The notes under the pieces were generated by a model, which did no database searches, was not told where the DNA came from, and worked only from the letters and a program-made list of their open reading frames with translations. From a virus, in IMG/VR virus record IMGVR_UViG_3300034063_000636, positions 44,215-108,214 of that record: a stretch of 64,000 bases of DNA; one strand, 5' to 3'. How positions within the stretch are numbered: position 1 is the stretch's first letter; each line of letters opens with the position of its first letter. Made by a program: the position numbers and the translations under genes. Positions 47,250 to 57,372 of the stretch are shown piece by piece.

Positions 47250-50200
47250 ATGGCAGACAAATTAGACGGCGGTGCAATTGTAGCCAATACAATTCCTGGC
47301 ACAAAAATCCAATCTGGCACAATCACAACGACGCAGTTAGATCCTGCAATTGCTGCTGCTGTTACCGTACCATTACATCCTAAAATTTCTTCGATCACTT
47401 ATCCTGGGAATGATACTGCTGCAAACACAGGCGGCGGTGATTCGATTGTCATCAATGGTTCTGGATTCGGAACTAACGTTCAGGTCTATATCAACGGAAC
47501 TGCTGCTCCGTCAGTAACTCGCAACAATGCGAATGCAGTCACAATTACAACTGCTGCTCAATCTGCTGGAACTTATCTAGTCTATTTGATCAACACCGAT
47601 GACGGCGGTACTGCTATTCTTGTTCCTGGTATTCAGTATTCTGGAATGCCAACATGGGTTACAACATCACCACTTACTGGTCAAGAAGCAGCTGTTGCTT
47701 GGAGCATTTCACTCTCAGCAACAGGTGATTCACCAATTACTTATGCACTACAAGCAGGAAGCTCGTTACCTGCTGGAATTACATTGGCTGCAAATGGATT
47801 AATCAGCGGTACAATGACCTCTCCGCCAGAAAGCGACACAACATATAATTTTACAGTACTTGCAACCGACCCACAATCCCAAGACACACCTAAAGCATTT
47901 AGTGTTTCTGTAACTGTTGTTGTTGATCCGCAGTTTCAATACACGACTTTGTTATTACAAGCTGACGGAACAAACAACGGCAACAATCATGCGTTTTTAG
48001 ATTCTAGCAATAATAATTTCACGATTACTCGAAATGGAAACGCAACTCAAGGTTCGTTCACGCCATTCAGTCCGACTGGGTGGAGTAATTATTTTGATGG
48101 AACGGGAGATTATTTGACATGGAGTGGATCCACACTTTCTGGAGATTTTACAGTTGAATGTTGGGTTTTCAAAACTGCTGTAGATGCGAGTGGATACACA
48201 AATGTGTTTTCAGGTTCTAATGGCAATCATCAGTTATTCATAGACGCTACAACAGCGGGATCAATAGGGCTCGTAATCGGAGCATCTACAATAATTGCTG
48301 GAAGCGGTGTTGCTGTTACTCCTAATATGTGGCATCATTTGGCATGGGTTAGAGAAGGATCTACTTGTCGCGTTTATGTAGACGGAATTCAACAGGGAAC
48401 TGGATCAAGTTCAACCTCATTTGCATTAGGTGTGATTGGTCGATATTATGAAGGCGGATATGAAATGAATGGATACATTTCTAACGCCCGTATTGTTGCT
48501 GGAACTTGTTTATATCCAAGTGGAACTACATTCACACCACCAACATCACCATTGACTGCTGTTTCTAACACCGCATTGTTAACATGCCAGAGCAATCGTT
48601 TTCGCGACGCAAGCACCAATAATTTTGCAATCACACGCAATGGCGATGTTTCTGTTCAAACCTTCTCTCCATTCGCAACAACTACTGCATATTCACCAGC
48701 AACACATGGCGGGTCAGCATTCTTTGATGGGAGTGGGGATTATCTTGAAACCACTAGTTCTCAAATCATTCCTAGCGGAAACTTTACGATTGAGGCGTGG
48801 GCTTACATAACAAACAGTAGTTCCACGCAAACCATCGTTGCACAAGGGACTGGCGTAGGCGATGGCGCACGAACATGGATGGGAATTGAAAACAGCAGCG
48901 GTGCAAAGTGGGCTGTTCAAGTAGGTGGGACACAGGCTATCAGCAGCGTTACGCCAGTTTTAAACGCATGGCATTACCTTGCTATGGTTTACAGCGGATC
49001 AACCATAAAGATGTACCTAAACGGTACAGAAATAGCCTCAGCCTCTTCAACAACAAACGCATCAAATACGACGCTAAAGATTGGAACTAACTGGGGCGGT
49101 TACATTACGACTGGATTTTTATCCAATATCCGTATTTCTAACACCGCAAGAACAATTAGCGCAGTCCCGTCATCGTTGTTGGCGGCAGATGCAAATACAG
49201 TTTTTCTTGCCAATTTCACCAACGCACAAATTTATGATGCAGCAGCAGGAGCTGTTCTTGAATGTATTGGCGATGCGAAAGTCAACACAGCGATCAAGAA
49301 GTATGGCGCAGGATCAATTACGTTTGATGGAAATGGAGATTATTTGATAACGAATGCGCCTTCTACAGAAACAACCAATCTTGGATCTGGTGACTTTACT
49401 GTAGAATTGTGGGTTTACTTTAATGGTGTATCTTCAGTTCAAACATTTGTTGATTGGCGTGATGCATCTACAGTTGCTGCATATCCTCTATTAGTGTTGA
49501 ACTCAGATGCAACCATACTTTGGTCTCATTCTAACAACACTAGAATTACCAGCTCTCCAATATCAGCAAATACATGGTATCATGTTGCGGTTTGTCGTGC
49601 TGGTGGACAAACTAAACTGTTTATTAATGGAACTCAAAGCGGGTCAACATATTCTGATTCTACAACATATCTTACCACTTCTGGTGCACCGAGAATTGGA
49701 ATCGATAGAAGAGCTGCACCATCTTATTACTTTAATGGTTACATCGATGATCTTCGTATCTCCAAAGGTCTTGCTCGTTATCGATACCCATTCACTCCAC
49801 CAACACGTGCATTTCCAACAAAGGGTGGAACAGCACCAGCAGCTACTGCTGATGAGTATTTTGACTATACAACACTGTTATTGCCAGGAAACGGAACGAA
49901 CAATCAAAACAACCATACATTCTTAGATTCTTCGAATAATAATTTTACTATCACAAGAAATGGCAATGCAACTCAAGGAACATTTAGTCCGTTCAGTCAA
50001 ACTGGATGGAGTAATTACTTTGATGGAAGCGGAGATCGCTTAACTGGAGCATCGCCAATACCAGGGCTTTCGTTTGGAACAGGCGATTTTACTACAGAAT
50101 ATTGGGTATATAAAACAAATTCTGGAGTCAATGCAGTCGTATTTGACGCCAGATCAAGCGCATCAGCTTCTCCTTGGGTATTGGCTATAGACACAAATAA

Positions 50201-51818
50201 TTGCCCTTATTTTTATGATGGAAGCACATATACTTCTAGTTTACCAATACAAATAAATTTTTGGAATCATGTTGCAACAGTAAGAACTTCAAGTACCTTA
50301 AAAATATTCGTTAATGGTGTTCAAGGATATTCAGCTTCATATAGTACAAATTTAGACAGAACTGCTGGATTTGTAATTGGCGATACCGTGCACGCAGCTG
50401 CTCCTCTATCAGGATATTTGTCGAATTTGCGCATCATTAAGGGCACAGCAATTTATACATCAGAATTTACTCCATCAACGTCACCTTTAACTGCTATATC
50501 AAATACTTCCTTATTAACATGCCAATCAAGTCGTTTTATAGATAATAGCGCCAATAATCTAACAATTACTCGAGCTGGTGATGTTTCTGTCCAAGCCTTC
50601 TCTCCATTCGCACCAACAGCATCATATGCTGCAGCGAATGTTGGTGGTAGTGGATACTTTGATGGAAGTGGAGACAGACTTTCACTCAGCGGAAATTCTG
50701 CATTCGACATTTCCAGCGGTGATTTTACGATAGAGGGATGGATTTATCCTCAAAGTAACGCCGCAACACAAGGTCTTTTTGTGCTGTTTACCGCAACAAA
50801 CAGCAATTATGCTGGGATGACTTGCTATGTCTCACGCAACACTAATTCAACAATAACAGTCGAGGGGGCTTCGCCGTCTATTGGGGGTGGCTCTCCAGCC
50901 ATTTCAATTACAACTACCGCAACTGCCTTGCCAAATACTTGGACACACATAGCGGTTACGAGAAGTGGCAGCACCTTCACATGCTGGCTAAATGGTGTTT
51001 CTGCTGGAACTGCAACCTTCGCGGGGACTTTGTATTGGTCTCCTCCAAATCTATATGTGGGTTCTGGGAACGATAGCGCAACGAATTACTTTACGGGATA
51101 CATCAGCAATGTTCGTATTGCAAAAGGCACGGCTGTTTACACGACAACCTTTACTCCCCCTACTGCTCCACTTACTGCCATAAGCAACACTTCGTTCTTA
51201 CTAAACTTCACCAACGCAGGCATCACTGACGCGACAGCCAAAACTATTTTTGAAACTGTTGGTGATGCAAAGATTAGCACAGCGCAGAGCAAATTTGGTG
51301 GATCGTCGATGTATTTCGATGGCACTGGCGATCTTTTGCTTGCGAAAAATAATAATAATTTTGATTTTGGAACAGGAGATTTCACAGTTGAGTTTTGGAT
51401 AAATGCATCAGCTTCTGGAACATATAATCAAGTTGTTGGAACACAAAATTCTAATGCGGATAATGGTGCATGGAGAGTTGGTAATCGTTTCAATAGCGCA
51501 AATGTGCTTTATTTCGCGAGAGGAAATGGATCGAGTTTTGATGAGTTTACTGCAGCAGTAAACGTCAATGACGGCAGCTGGCATCATGTTGCAGTTGCAA
51601 GGGCTTCTGGTTCAGTAAGAATATTTGTTGATGGTGTTTTTGCAAACAGCTCAACAATAAGTGGAACTTGCACATCAGGAAATGATTTGCGAATTGGATT
51701 TAATCCAAGAGATAGTTCATATGTCACTGGTTATGTTGATGATCTTCGCATCACCAAAGGCATCGCTCGTTACACTCAAAACTTCGCCCTACCAACAACA
51801 GCACATTTAACTAGATAA
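47250..51818 (+). CDS. Virion lectin-like protein: IPT/TIG + Ig-like + six LamG/concanavalin-A-like domains
   Basis: Six YFDG.GD.L...(D/N)FT.E.W...W.H.A......(N/D)G...GYI...RI units arranged as two internal copies of about 650 aa. Confidence 0.85.
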   Translation: MADKLDGGAIVANTIPGTKIQSGTITTTQLDPAIAAAVTVPLHPKISSITYPGNDTAANTGGGDSIVINGSGFGTNVQVYINGTAAPSVTRNNANAVTITTAAQSAGTYLVYLINTDDGGTAILVPGIQYSGMPTWVTTSPLTGQEAAVAWSISLSATGDSPITYALQAGSSLPAGITLAANGLISGTMTSPPESDTTYNFTVLATDPQSQDTPKAFSVSVTVVVDPQFQYTTLLLQADGTNNGNNHAFLDSSNNNFTITRNGNATQGSFTPFSPTGWSNYFDGTGDYLTWSGSTLSGDFTVECWVFKTAVDASGYTNVFSGSNGNHQLFIDATTAGSIGLVIGASTIIAGSGVAVTPNMWHHLAWVREGSTCRVYVDGIQQGTGSSSTSFALGVIGRYYEGGYEMNGYISNARIVAGTCLYPSGTTFTPPTSPLTAVSNTALLTCQSNRFRDASTNNFAITRNGDVSVQTFSPFATTTAYSPATHGGSAFFDGSGDYLETTSSQIIPSGNFTIEAWAYITNSSSTQTIVAQGTGVGDGARTWMGIENSSGAKWAVQVGGTQAISSVTPVLNAWHYLAMVYSGSTIKMYLNGTEIASASSTTNASNTTLKIGTNWGGYITTGFLSNIRISNTARTISAVPSSLLAADANTVFLANFTNAQIYDAAAGAVLECIGDAKVNTAIKKYGAGSITFDGNGDYLITNAPSTETTNLGSGDFTVELWVYFNGVSSVQTFVDWRDASTVAAYPLLVLNSDATILWSHSNNTRITSSPISANTWYHVAVCRAGGQTKLFINGTQSGSTYSDSTTYLTTSGAPRIGIDRRAAPSYYFNGYIDDLRISKGLARYRYPFTPPTRAFPTKGGTAPAATADEYFDYTTLLLPGNGTNNQNNHTFLDSSNNNFTITRNGNATQGTFSPFSQTGWSNYFDGSGDRLTGASPIPGLSFGTGDFTTEYWVYKTNSGVNAVVFDARSSASASPWVLAIDTNNCPYFYDGSTYTSSLPIQINFWNHVATVRTSSTLKIFVNGVQGYSASYSTNLDRTAGFVIGDTVHAAAPLSGYLSNLRIIKGTAIYTSEFTPSTSPLTAISNTSLLTCQSSRFIDNSANNLTITRAGDVSVQAFSPFAPTASYAAANVGGSGYFDGSGDRLSLSGNSAFDISSGDFTIEGWIYPQSNAATQGLFVLFTATNSNYAGMTCYVSRNTNSTITVEGASPSIGGGSPAISITTTATALPNTWTHIAVTRSGSTFTCWLNGVSAGTATFAGTLYWSPPNLYVGSGNDSATNYFTGYISNVRIAKGTAVYTTTFTPPTAPLTAISNTSFLLNFTNAGITDATAKTIFETVGDAKISTAQSKFGGSSMYFDGTGDLLLAKNNNNFDFGTGDFTVEFWINASASGTYNQVVGTQNSNADNGAWRVGNRFNSANVLYFARGNGSSFDEFTAAVNVNDGSWHHVAVARASGSVRIFVDGVFANSSTISGTCTSGNDLRIGFNPRDSSYVTGYVDDLRITKGIARYTQNFALPTTAHLTR

Positions 51819-51821
51819 ATA
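51815..51821 (+). promoter_or_regulatory. T4-type late promoter box
   Basis: ATAAATA overlapping the stop codon, upstream of 51842. Confidence 0.55.
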
Positions 51822-51841
51822 TCTAAAAACGGATCACTTCA

Positions 51842-52426
51842 ATGACAACAGTTGTATCTACTAAAATCGGCGGAACAAATCTCCAAACTATTGGAACTGC
51901 TGGTCAGGCTCTCAAAGTCAATTCAACTGGAACTGGGCTCGAATGGGGTTCGGTTGGTGGAGCAATCAACGTTGCTAACGAAATTACCACTAATAGTTCG
52001 GGTTACTATATTCTATTCACGAATGCAGCCTCTGGCAATATCACATCAACCAACGTTGCCACTTCGAAGTTATACTTTAATCCTAGTACTGGTACTGTAA
52101 GTGCAACGAATTTCAATTCTCTTTCTGATCTACAAGAAAAAGAAAACGTTGAGACGCTAAAAAATGCAGTAGAAATGCTTGCTAATATTCGTGGCGTTCG
52201 TTTCACATGGAAAGAAACAGGCGCACCATCTCTTGGTGTTATTGCTCAAGAATTATTACTAGTTGCACCAGAATTAGTTACACGCAACGAACAAGGTGTT
52301 CATACTGTAAACTATGCAGGTCTCAATGCTATTCTTATTGAAGCAATGAAAGATCTTCACTCACAAGTACAATTACTTCGCACTGAAATTGAGAATCTAA
52401 AGAATGGCAATTCTACAGGCGGGTAA
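51842..52426 (+). CDS. Mini tail fibre with C-terminal peptidase S74 (intramolecular chaperone) domain
   Basis: LSDLQEKENV (S-x4-K)...F.WK.....GVIAQE...PELV...VNY..L...LIEA.K, then a coiled coil. Confidence 0.85.
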   Translation: MTTVVSTKIGGTNLQTIGTAGQALKVNSTGTGLEWGSVGGAINVANEITTNSSGYYILFTNAASGNITSTNVATSKLYFNPSTGTVSATNFNSLSDLQEKENVETLKNAVEMLANIRGVRFTWKETGAPSLGVIAQELLLVAPELVTRNEQGVHTVNYAGLNAILIEAMKDLHSQVQLLRTEIENLKNGNSTGG

Positions 52427-54860
52427 CACAGTAGTTGGCGACGCAGGTAACGGCAATTTCAATGTAGTGTCTGTTACGAGTAATGGGTACATCGAAATCC
52501 CAGATACCACGCCATCCGTCAATGCAAATTCGAATTCTTTTATAACTCTCGGTGCTACTGGCGTCACAATTAATAACGCCATGTGGTCTTGGTGGATCAA
52601 GCCACTAGTCCTTCGCGACAAAAACGCATCCAATCATTGGACGTATGCTTGCTTCACACAATCTAATGGAGCGGTTGGCGTCTCTATTACCAATCATAAT
52701 ACTGCAAACACAACGCAGTATACAATTACACCAGCAAATACTTTCTCAAAAGACGATCACAATGCCAGCGCAGTTGTAACTGGCAATAACAAAGCCTATA
52801 TTTTTATTCAGGGTCGTACGGCAAATTCTGCAGTATTAAATACAAAAAATATGTTTTATATTGAATTTAATGAAGGCGAAAGTCCAGCAAATAAAAATCT
52901 TGTCAACGTAACTTTCTCGACTGCCCCAACAGCAACGGCATCGTTCTATCCAAACGCATTTAATGCCAACGGAAAGTTTATTTTATTGGGTCGTCAACAA
53001 GTTTTAAACACTGCGAATCAATGGCTGGCTGTAACTGGTGATTATCCTGTTGCGAATTTGTCGACGCCAAAAGGATTGTTTAAGTCAATTTACACTTGGC
53101 CATATTTTGCAATTAGAAGAAGTTACGAAGATAAAGATATTTTAAATTTTGCTCAGGGCTGGCATCCATACGATTCGACTTCCAATAATAACATTTACTT
53201 TGGTAAAATTCTTCGTAACGGAAACACTGCCCCATGGGATGTGTATGCGAATAATGCAGTCATCGGTAATCTAACTGATGGAACTGGATTGCCATTTGAC
53301 GAAGCAGACTTTGAATTAGTGTTCACCAATTCAGGGGCAAATAATTCTGTTCGTTTGTTTGACGTTCATGACGATGCTGTAGCATTCGGAACATTCAATA
53401 AACTTGTTAATATAATTCAATATAAAGTCGCATATAAAACAGGAAATACTTGGTATACAAAAACTGTTTGCACTGGTGGATATCCATTCCACGGTGTTCA
53501 AGTTCGTGACTATTATGGCGGCATGGCAATCTCTGAGAGAGACAAATACACTATCACAGTTGCCGCTGAAGTAAACAATCAATGGGATATTCGTGAATAC
53601 AAGAGCACCGACAGCGGCAATACTTGGATTTTAAACAATAGCACAAGAGCAGACATCTATCAAGTTGCTGGTCGTCCAATGGACGAAGTCTTATCTGAAG
53701 ATGCACATATCTATAACAGCACAGATCAACTTGGATCATTTAGTTGGTTCGGATCTTATGACGGTTCAGACTTCACCACATTTAGCACGAACGTTGCATC
53801 AACAAGATTAGTCGGAACAGGAAGACAAAATCCTACTATCGATGCAAATCAAAAAGGATTTTTCAGCACTGTAAACACACCTTCAAGTGGATATATTGAA
53901 GTCAGTTCAGTATCATTATCGCATGGCTATGCAAGCGGTGGACTCACACTCTTACCATTCCCAGCTCAGTCTGATCGTATCGATAAGTTTCCGTTTGCAT
54001 CAGATACAAATGCAACAACGATAGGTTATTTGTCGCAACAAATTAGAGGTGCAGCTGGCATATCATCAACAACAAATGGATATACTGCTGCTGGTCAGTT
54101 TGCTTCACCTGCGATTTTACCTGCAAATCAAACTTCTATTGGTAGAATTGAACGATTCCCATTTGCTGTAGACATTGGCTCAACCTATGTTGGCGAGCTT
54201 GTAACAAAAAGAGCTTTCCCTGCTGGTTCAGAATCTTCTACACATGGATATGCAAGCGGTGGTCAGACCAATTTGCCTGCATATCCACCAGTAACTTGGA
54301 CAGCTGCAATAGAAAAATTTCCATTTGCTGCTGAGTTTGCTGCTGCCACAACTGTGGGTAATTTGACAGTAGTGCGATTTGGTGCTATGGGTCAAAGTTC
54401 AAGCACTCACGGTTATGCTTCTGGTGGTGGAACGCCTCCACCTCCTGCTCTCGTCAATGTCGCAACAATTGATAAATTTCCATTTGCGACGGATACAAAT
54501 GCAACATTTGTTGGAGATTTGACTGAAGCGAGACGTGTTGGTGCTGGCACACAATCAACCACTCATGGGTATGCTTCTGGTGGTGGACACCCCGCAACTC
54601 CTACATTATACTCAAATGTCATTGACAGATTTCCATTCTCTAGCGACACAAATGCATCAGATGTGGGTGATCTAACTCAGGCTAGAAGAACAACTGGTAC
54701 AGGTTCTTCTTCAACAACTCATGGGTATACAGCTGGTGGCTCAGATTCACCAACTTATGGAAATGTTATAGATAAGTTTTTATTTGCTGCAAGCGCGAAT
54801 GCCACAGATGTTGGTGATTTAACTCAAGCAAGAATTGACCCTGCAGGTTCACAAGGCTAA
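52404..54860 (+). CDS. BNR/Asp-box domain fused to a six-bladed Kelch-like propeller
   Basis: DDHNAS, WPY and STDSGNTW (Asp-box); six GY..GG...I(D/E)(K/R)FPF...VG.LT..R repeats. Confidence 0.7.
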   Translation: MAILQAGNTVVGDAGNGNFNVVSVTSNGYIEIPDTTPSVNANSNSFITLGATGVTINNAMWSWWIKPLVLRDKNASNHWTYACFTQSNGAVGVSITNHNTANTTQYTITPANTFSKDDHNASAVVTGNNKAYIFIQGRTANSAVLNTKNMFYIEFNEGESPANKNLVNVTFSTAPTATASFYPNAFNANGKFILLGRQQVLNTANQWLAVTGDYPVANLSTPKGLFKSIYTWPYFAIRRSYEDKDILNFAQGWHPYDSTSNNNIYFGKILRNGNTAPWDVYANNAVIGNLTDGTGLPFDEADFELVFTNSGANNSVRLFDVHDDAVAFGTFNKLVNIIQYKVAYKTGNTWYTKTVCTGGYPFHGVQVRDYYGGMAISERDKYTITVAAEVNNQWDIREYKSTDSGNTWILNNSTRADIYQVAGRPMDEVLSEDAHIYNSTDQLGSFSWFGSYDGSDFTTFSTNVASTRLVGTGRQNPTIDANQKGFFSTVNTPSSGYIEVSSVSLSHGYASGGLTLLPFPAQSDRIDKFPFASDTNATTIGYLSQQIRGAAGISSTTNGYTAAGQFASPAILPANQTSIGRIERFPFAVDIGSTYVGELVTKRAFPAGSESSTHGYASGGQTNLPAYPPVTWTAAIEKFPFAAEFAAATTVGNLTVVRFGAMGQSSSTHGYASGGGTPPPPALVNVATIDKFPFATDTNATFVGDLTEARRVGAGTQSTTHGYASGGGHPATPTLYSNVIDRFPFSSDTNASDVGDLTQARRTTGTGSSSTTHGYTAGGSDSPTYGNVIDKFLFAASANATDVGDLTQARIDPAGSQG

Positions 54861-55948
54861 TGGCAATTACAATCAATAATATAACCGTTATCGATGATAG
54901 TTCAAATGCAAATTTGACGCAAGTGTCAATATCATCTTTAGGATATATGATCGCTGGTGCTGCGAATACAACACCACCGCATGCAGGAACATTATATGGA
55001 TATGCTTCTGCTGGAATTTATCCACTCAGATCTCCGCCGCCAGTATACAATCAAACAATTGAAAGATTTCCGTTTGCTACAGATACAAATGCAACATCAA
55101 TTGCAAGCGCGCAATTAAAAAGAAGAAGAGGTGGGTCTTGTTCTTCAGAATTAGCAGGTTATGCAGTTAGTGGGGACTCTACAACAGAATCTAGCCCACT
55201 CCCACCTCAAATGGGTTTAGCATATTACTTTAATATTGAAAAATTTAATTTTGCCACTGAAGCGCCATCAGCTGGCGTTGGTAATCTACAATTTGTTCGA
55301 GTCAATGGCGGTGTAGGTGTTGCATCGCCAACTCATGGATATGTTGGTGGGATGAAAATATATAATGAAGTCCCTGTCGACATTGAAAGATTTTCTTTTG
55401 CAAATGAAGCAGAAACAGCAATTATTGGTGGTATGACATATTATCGTCAGGGTCCATGTGAAGCAGCATCTTTAACTGATGGATACATTATGAATGGAAC
55501 ATTGTTAGGTTCTGGTCCACCAGCAACTATCTTGACAAATATAATTGAAAAGTATCGTTTTTCATCCGAAACAGATTCAGCTTTGGTTGGAGAAACAACA
55601 CGCGCAAGATGGCTTGTGATTGGAGCGTCTTCACCAACACATGGTTATGCAATGGGCGGGGTTGCAAATACTCCTGTTGTACGATATAGAACAATTGACA
55701 AAATGTCATTTGCAGCTGAGGGAACGTCAACTTATGTTGGTGATCTTTCATCAAATAACGCAAGTGCATGTTCATCATCTAGCGCAACGCATGGATATAT
55801 GCTTGGCGGCGCAACGAGCAATAATCCTCCAGCACCAGTGACAGCGACAAATGCAATTGATAAATTTCCTTTTGCTACTGATTCCAATGCTACTGATATT
55901 GGGGATTTGACAGAACCTAAATTCCAATCTAATGGGTTTATAAATTGA
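54860..55948 (+). CDS. Six-bladed Kelch-like propeller protein
   Basis: Six repeats of about 50 aa; N-terminus similar to that of 52404. Confidence 0.75.
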   Translation: MAITINNITVIDDSSNANLTQVSISSLGYMIAGAANTTPPHAGTLYGYASAGIYPLRSPPPVYNQTIERFPFATDTNATSIASAQLKRRRGGSCSSELAGYAVSGDSTTESSPLPPQMGLAYYFNIEKFNFATEAPSAGVGNLQFVRVNGGVGVASPTHGYVGGMKIYNEVPVDIERFSFANEAETAIIGGMTYYRQGPCEAASLTDGYIMNGTLLGSGPPATILTNIIEKYRFSSETDSALVGETTRARWLVIGASSPTHGYAMGGVANTPVVRYRTIDKMSFAAEGTSTYVGDLSSNNASACSSSSATHGYMLGGATSNNPPAPVTATNAIDKFPFATDSNATDIGDLTEPKFQSNGFIN

Positions 55949-55973
55949 TTTTTAGTTGACTTTTTGTTATAAT
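55945..55973 (+). promoter_or_regulatory. Sigma70-type promoter with extended -10
   Basis: TTGATT (55945-50), 17 bp spacer ending TGt, TATAAT (55968-73); upstream of ATG 55992. Confidence 0.75.
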
Positions 55974-55991
55974 ATAGTTTTTGGGTAAATA

Positions 55992-56819
55992 ATGAACAAA
56001 TTATTCTTCTGTGGCGGATTGCCTCGCACTGGTTCTACAGTGCTTATGAATATCCTGCAGCAAAATCCAAGAATATTTACAACAGGCACTTGTGCTTTGC
56101 CCGATCTCTTGCATCAGCAAGTTTTAATCAAGTCTCGTTATCGCGAGCAATTTCAAGCAATGAGTTTGGAGCAAGCCGATAAAGCCATGTACGGATTAAT
56201 TCATGGAGCAACGAAGGGATGGTTTGAAGCACTTACCAACAAACCTGTCGTAATATCCAAGAATCGTTCTTGGTCAAATCTATTTCATTTATATCCAGAT
56301 AGCAAGTATATTTGCATGGTTCGTGATCTTAGAGATATTATTGAGAGTTTCGAGAAAATAAATCAACGAACTCTTGCTCTTCATTCTTTTGCCGACGATA
56401 ATGCTCTTGTTCCTGCCATGTCTGAGTCTGAGAAGTTTGGGTATTATTTTAAATCATTAAATGTTTTGTCTGATGCATTAGCGAACGATGTTACTAGAAT
56501 GATGGATGTATTCAAGAAAAATCCATCTAAAGTTTTGTTTATTCGATTTGAAGATTTTACAAAAGATCCAATCTATATTCTTAAGAAAGTCTACAATCAT
56601 ATAGGCGAAGAATATTATTCACATGATTTAGAAAATATCAGTCAATCAGTTTTGTTCGAACATGATCATGCATATTTTAAAGAACGTGCTGATCATCAAA
56701 CTGCTCCATCTTTTCAATATTATAAAGAACCACAGAGAACATTTTCTACTCGCTTTCAACAGGAAGTTTTAAACAATTATAAATGGTTTTACGAAGGGTT
56801 TTATCCAGATGCATCCTAA
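55992..56819 (+). CDS. PAPS-dependent sulfotransferase
   Basis: 5'-PSB loop GLPRTGSTVL, 3'-PB motif MVRDLRDIIES and IRFEDF..DP. Confidence 0.87.
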   Translation: MNKLFFCGGLPRTGSTVLMNILQQNPRIFTTGTCALPDLLHQQVLIKSRYREQFQAMSLEQADKAMYGLIHGATKGWFEALTNKPVVISKNRSWSNLFHLYPDSKYICMVRDLRDIIESFEKINQRTLALHSFADDNALVPAMSESEKFGYYFKSLNVLSDALANDVTRMMDVFKKNPSKVLFIRFEDFTKDPIYILKKVYNHIGEEYYSHDLENISQSVLFEHDHAYFKERADHQTAPSFQYYKEPQRTFSTRFQQEVLNNYKWFYEGFYPDAS

Positions 56820-57372
56820 TCAACACAATATTTTTTCTGTTCCTATTTGGGGATATATAATTAATAGCGAGAAATATCACTCGAGCGATTATCTAGATTT
56901 AATTTCACATCTAGAAGAAACAGAGCCATCTAAAAAGAAAAGTAATTTTGGTGGGTGGCAATCTAGAAGTGATCTTCATAAAGAAGGATTGTTCCAAGAG
57001 TTTAAAAAGGTTATATTAATTCTTGCAAATGATATTGCTAAATCGCAAGACCTACCAGAATTACATTTAATCAGTATGTGGGCGAACATAAATTACAAAC
57101 ATTCATTTAACGCAGCGCATACACACGAAGGAATATTATCTGGTGTGTTTTATTTGAAGACTCCACCCAACTGCGGCAAATTAATACTCGAGAGCCCAGC
57201 AGTAAGAGCCGATACTAGTCCATATAAAATTAGAAATTATCCAGTTGAACCAAGCCCATTAAGTTGTATTATATTTCCAAGTTGGCTTTCGCATTATGTT
57301 GAACCAAATATGAGTGATGAGAAGAGAATTAGTTTGAGTTTTAATTTTGATATTAAGAGAGAAATATCATGA
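56809..57372 (+). CDS. Putative 2OG-Fe(II) oxygenase (TIGR02466-like)
   Basis: WANIN....N..HTH....SGVFY...FPSWL.H.V.PN.S...RISLSFN. Confidence 0.82.
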   Translation: MHPNQHNIFSVPIWGYIINSEKYHSSDYLDLISHLEETEPSKKKSNFGGWQSRSDLHKEGLFQEFKKVILILANDIAKSQDLPELHLISMWANINYKHSFNAAHTHEGILSGVFYLKTPPNCGKLILESPAVRADTSPYKIRNYPVEPSPLSCIIFPSWLSHYVEPNMSDEKRISLSFNFDIKREIS

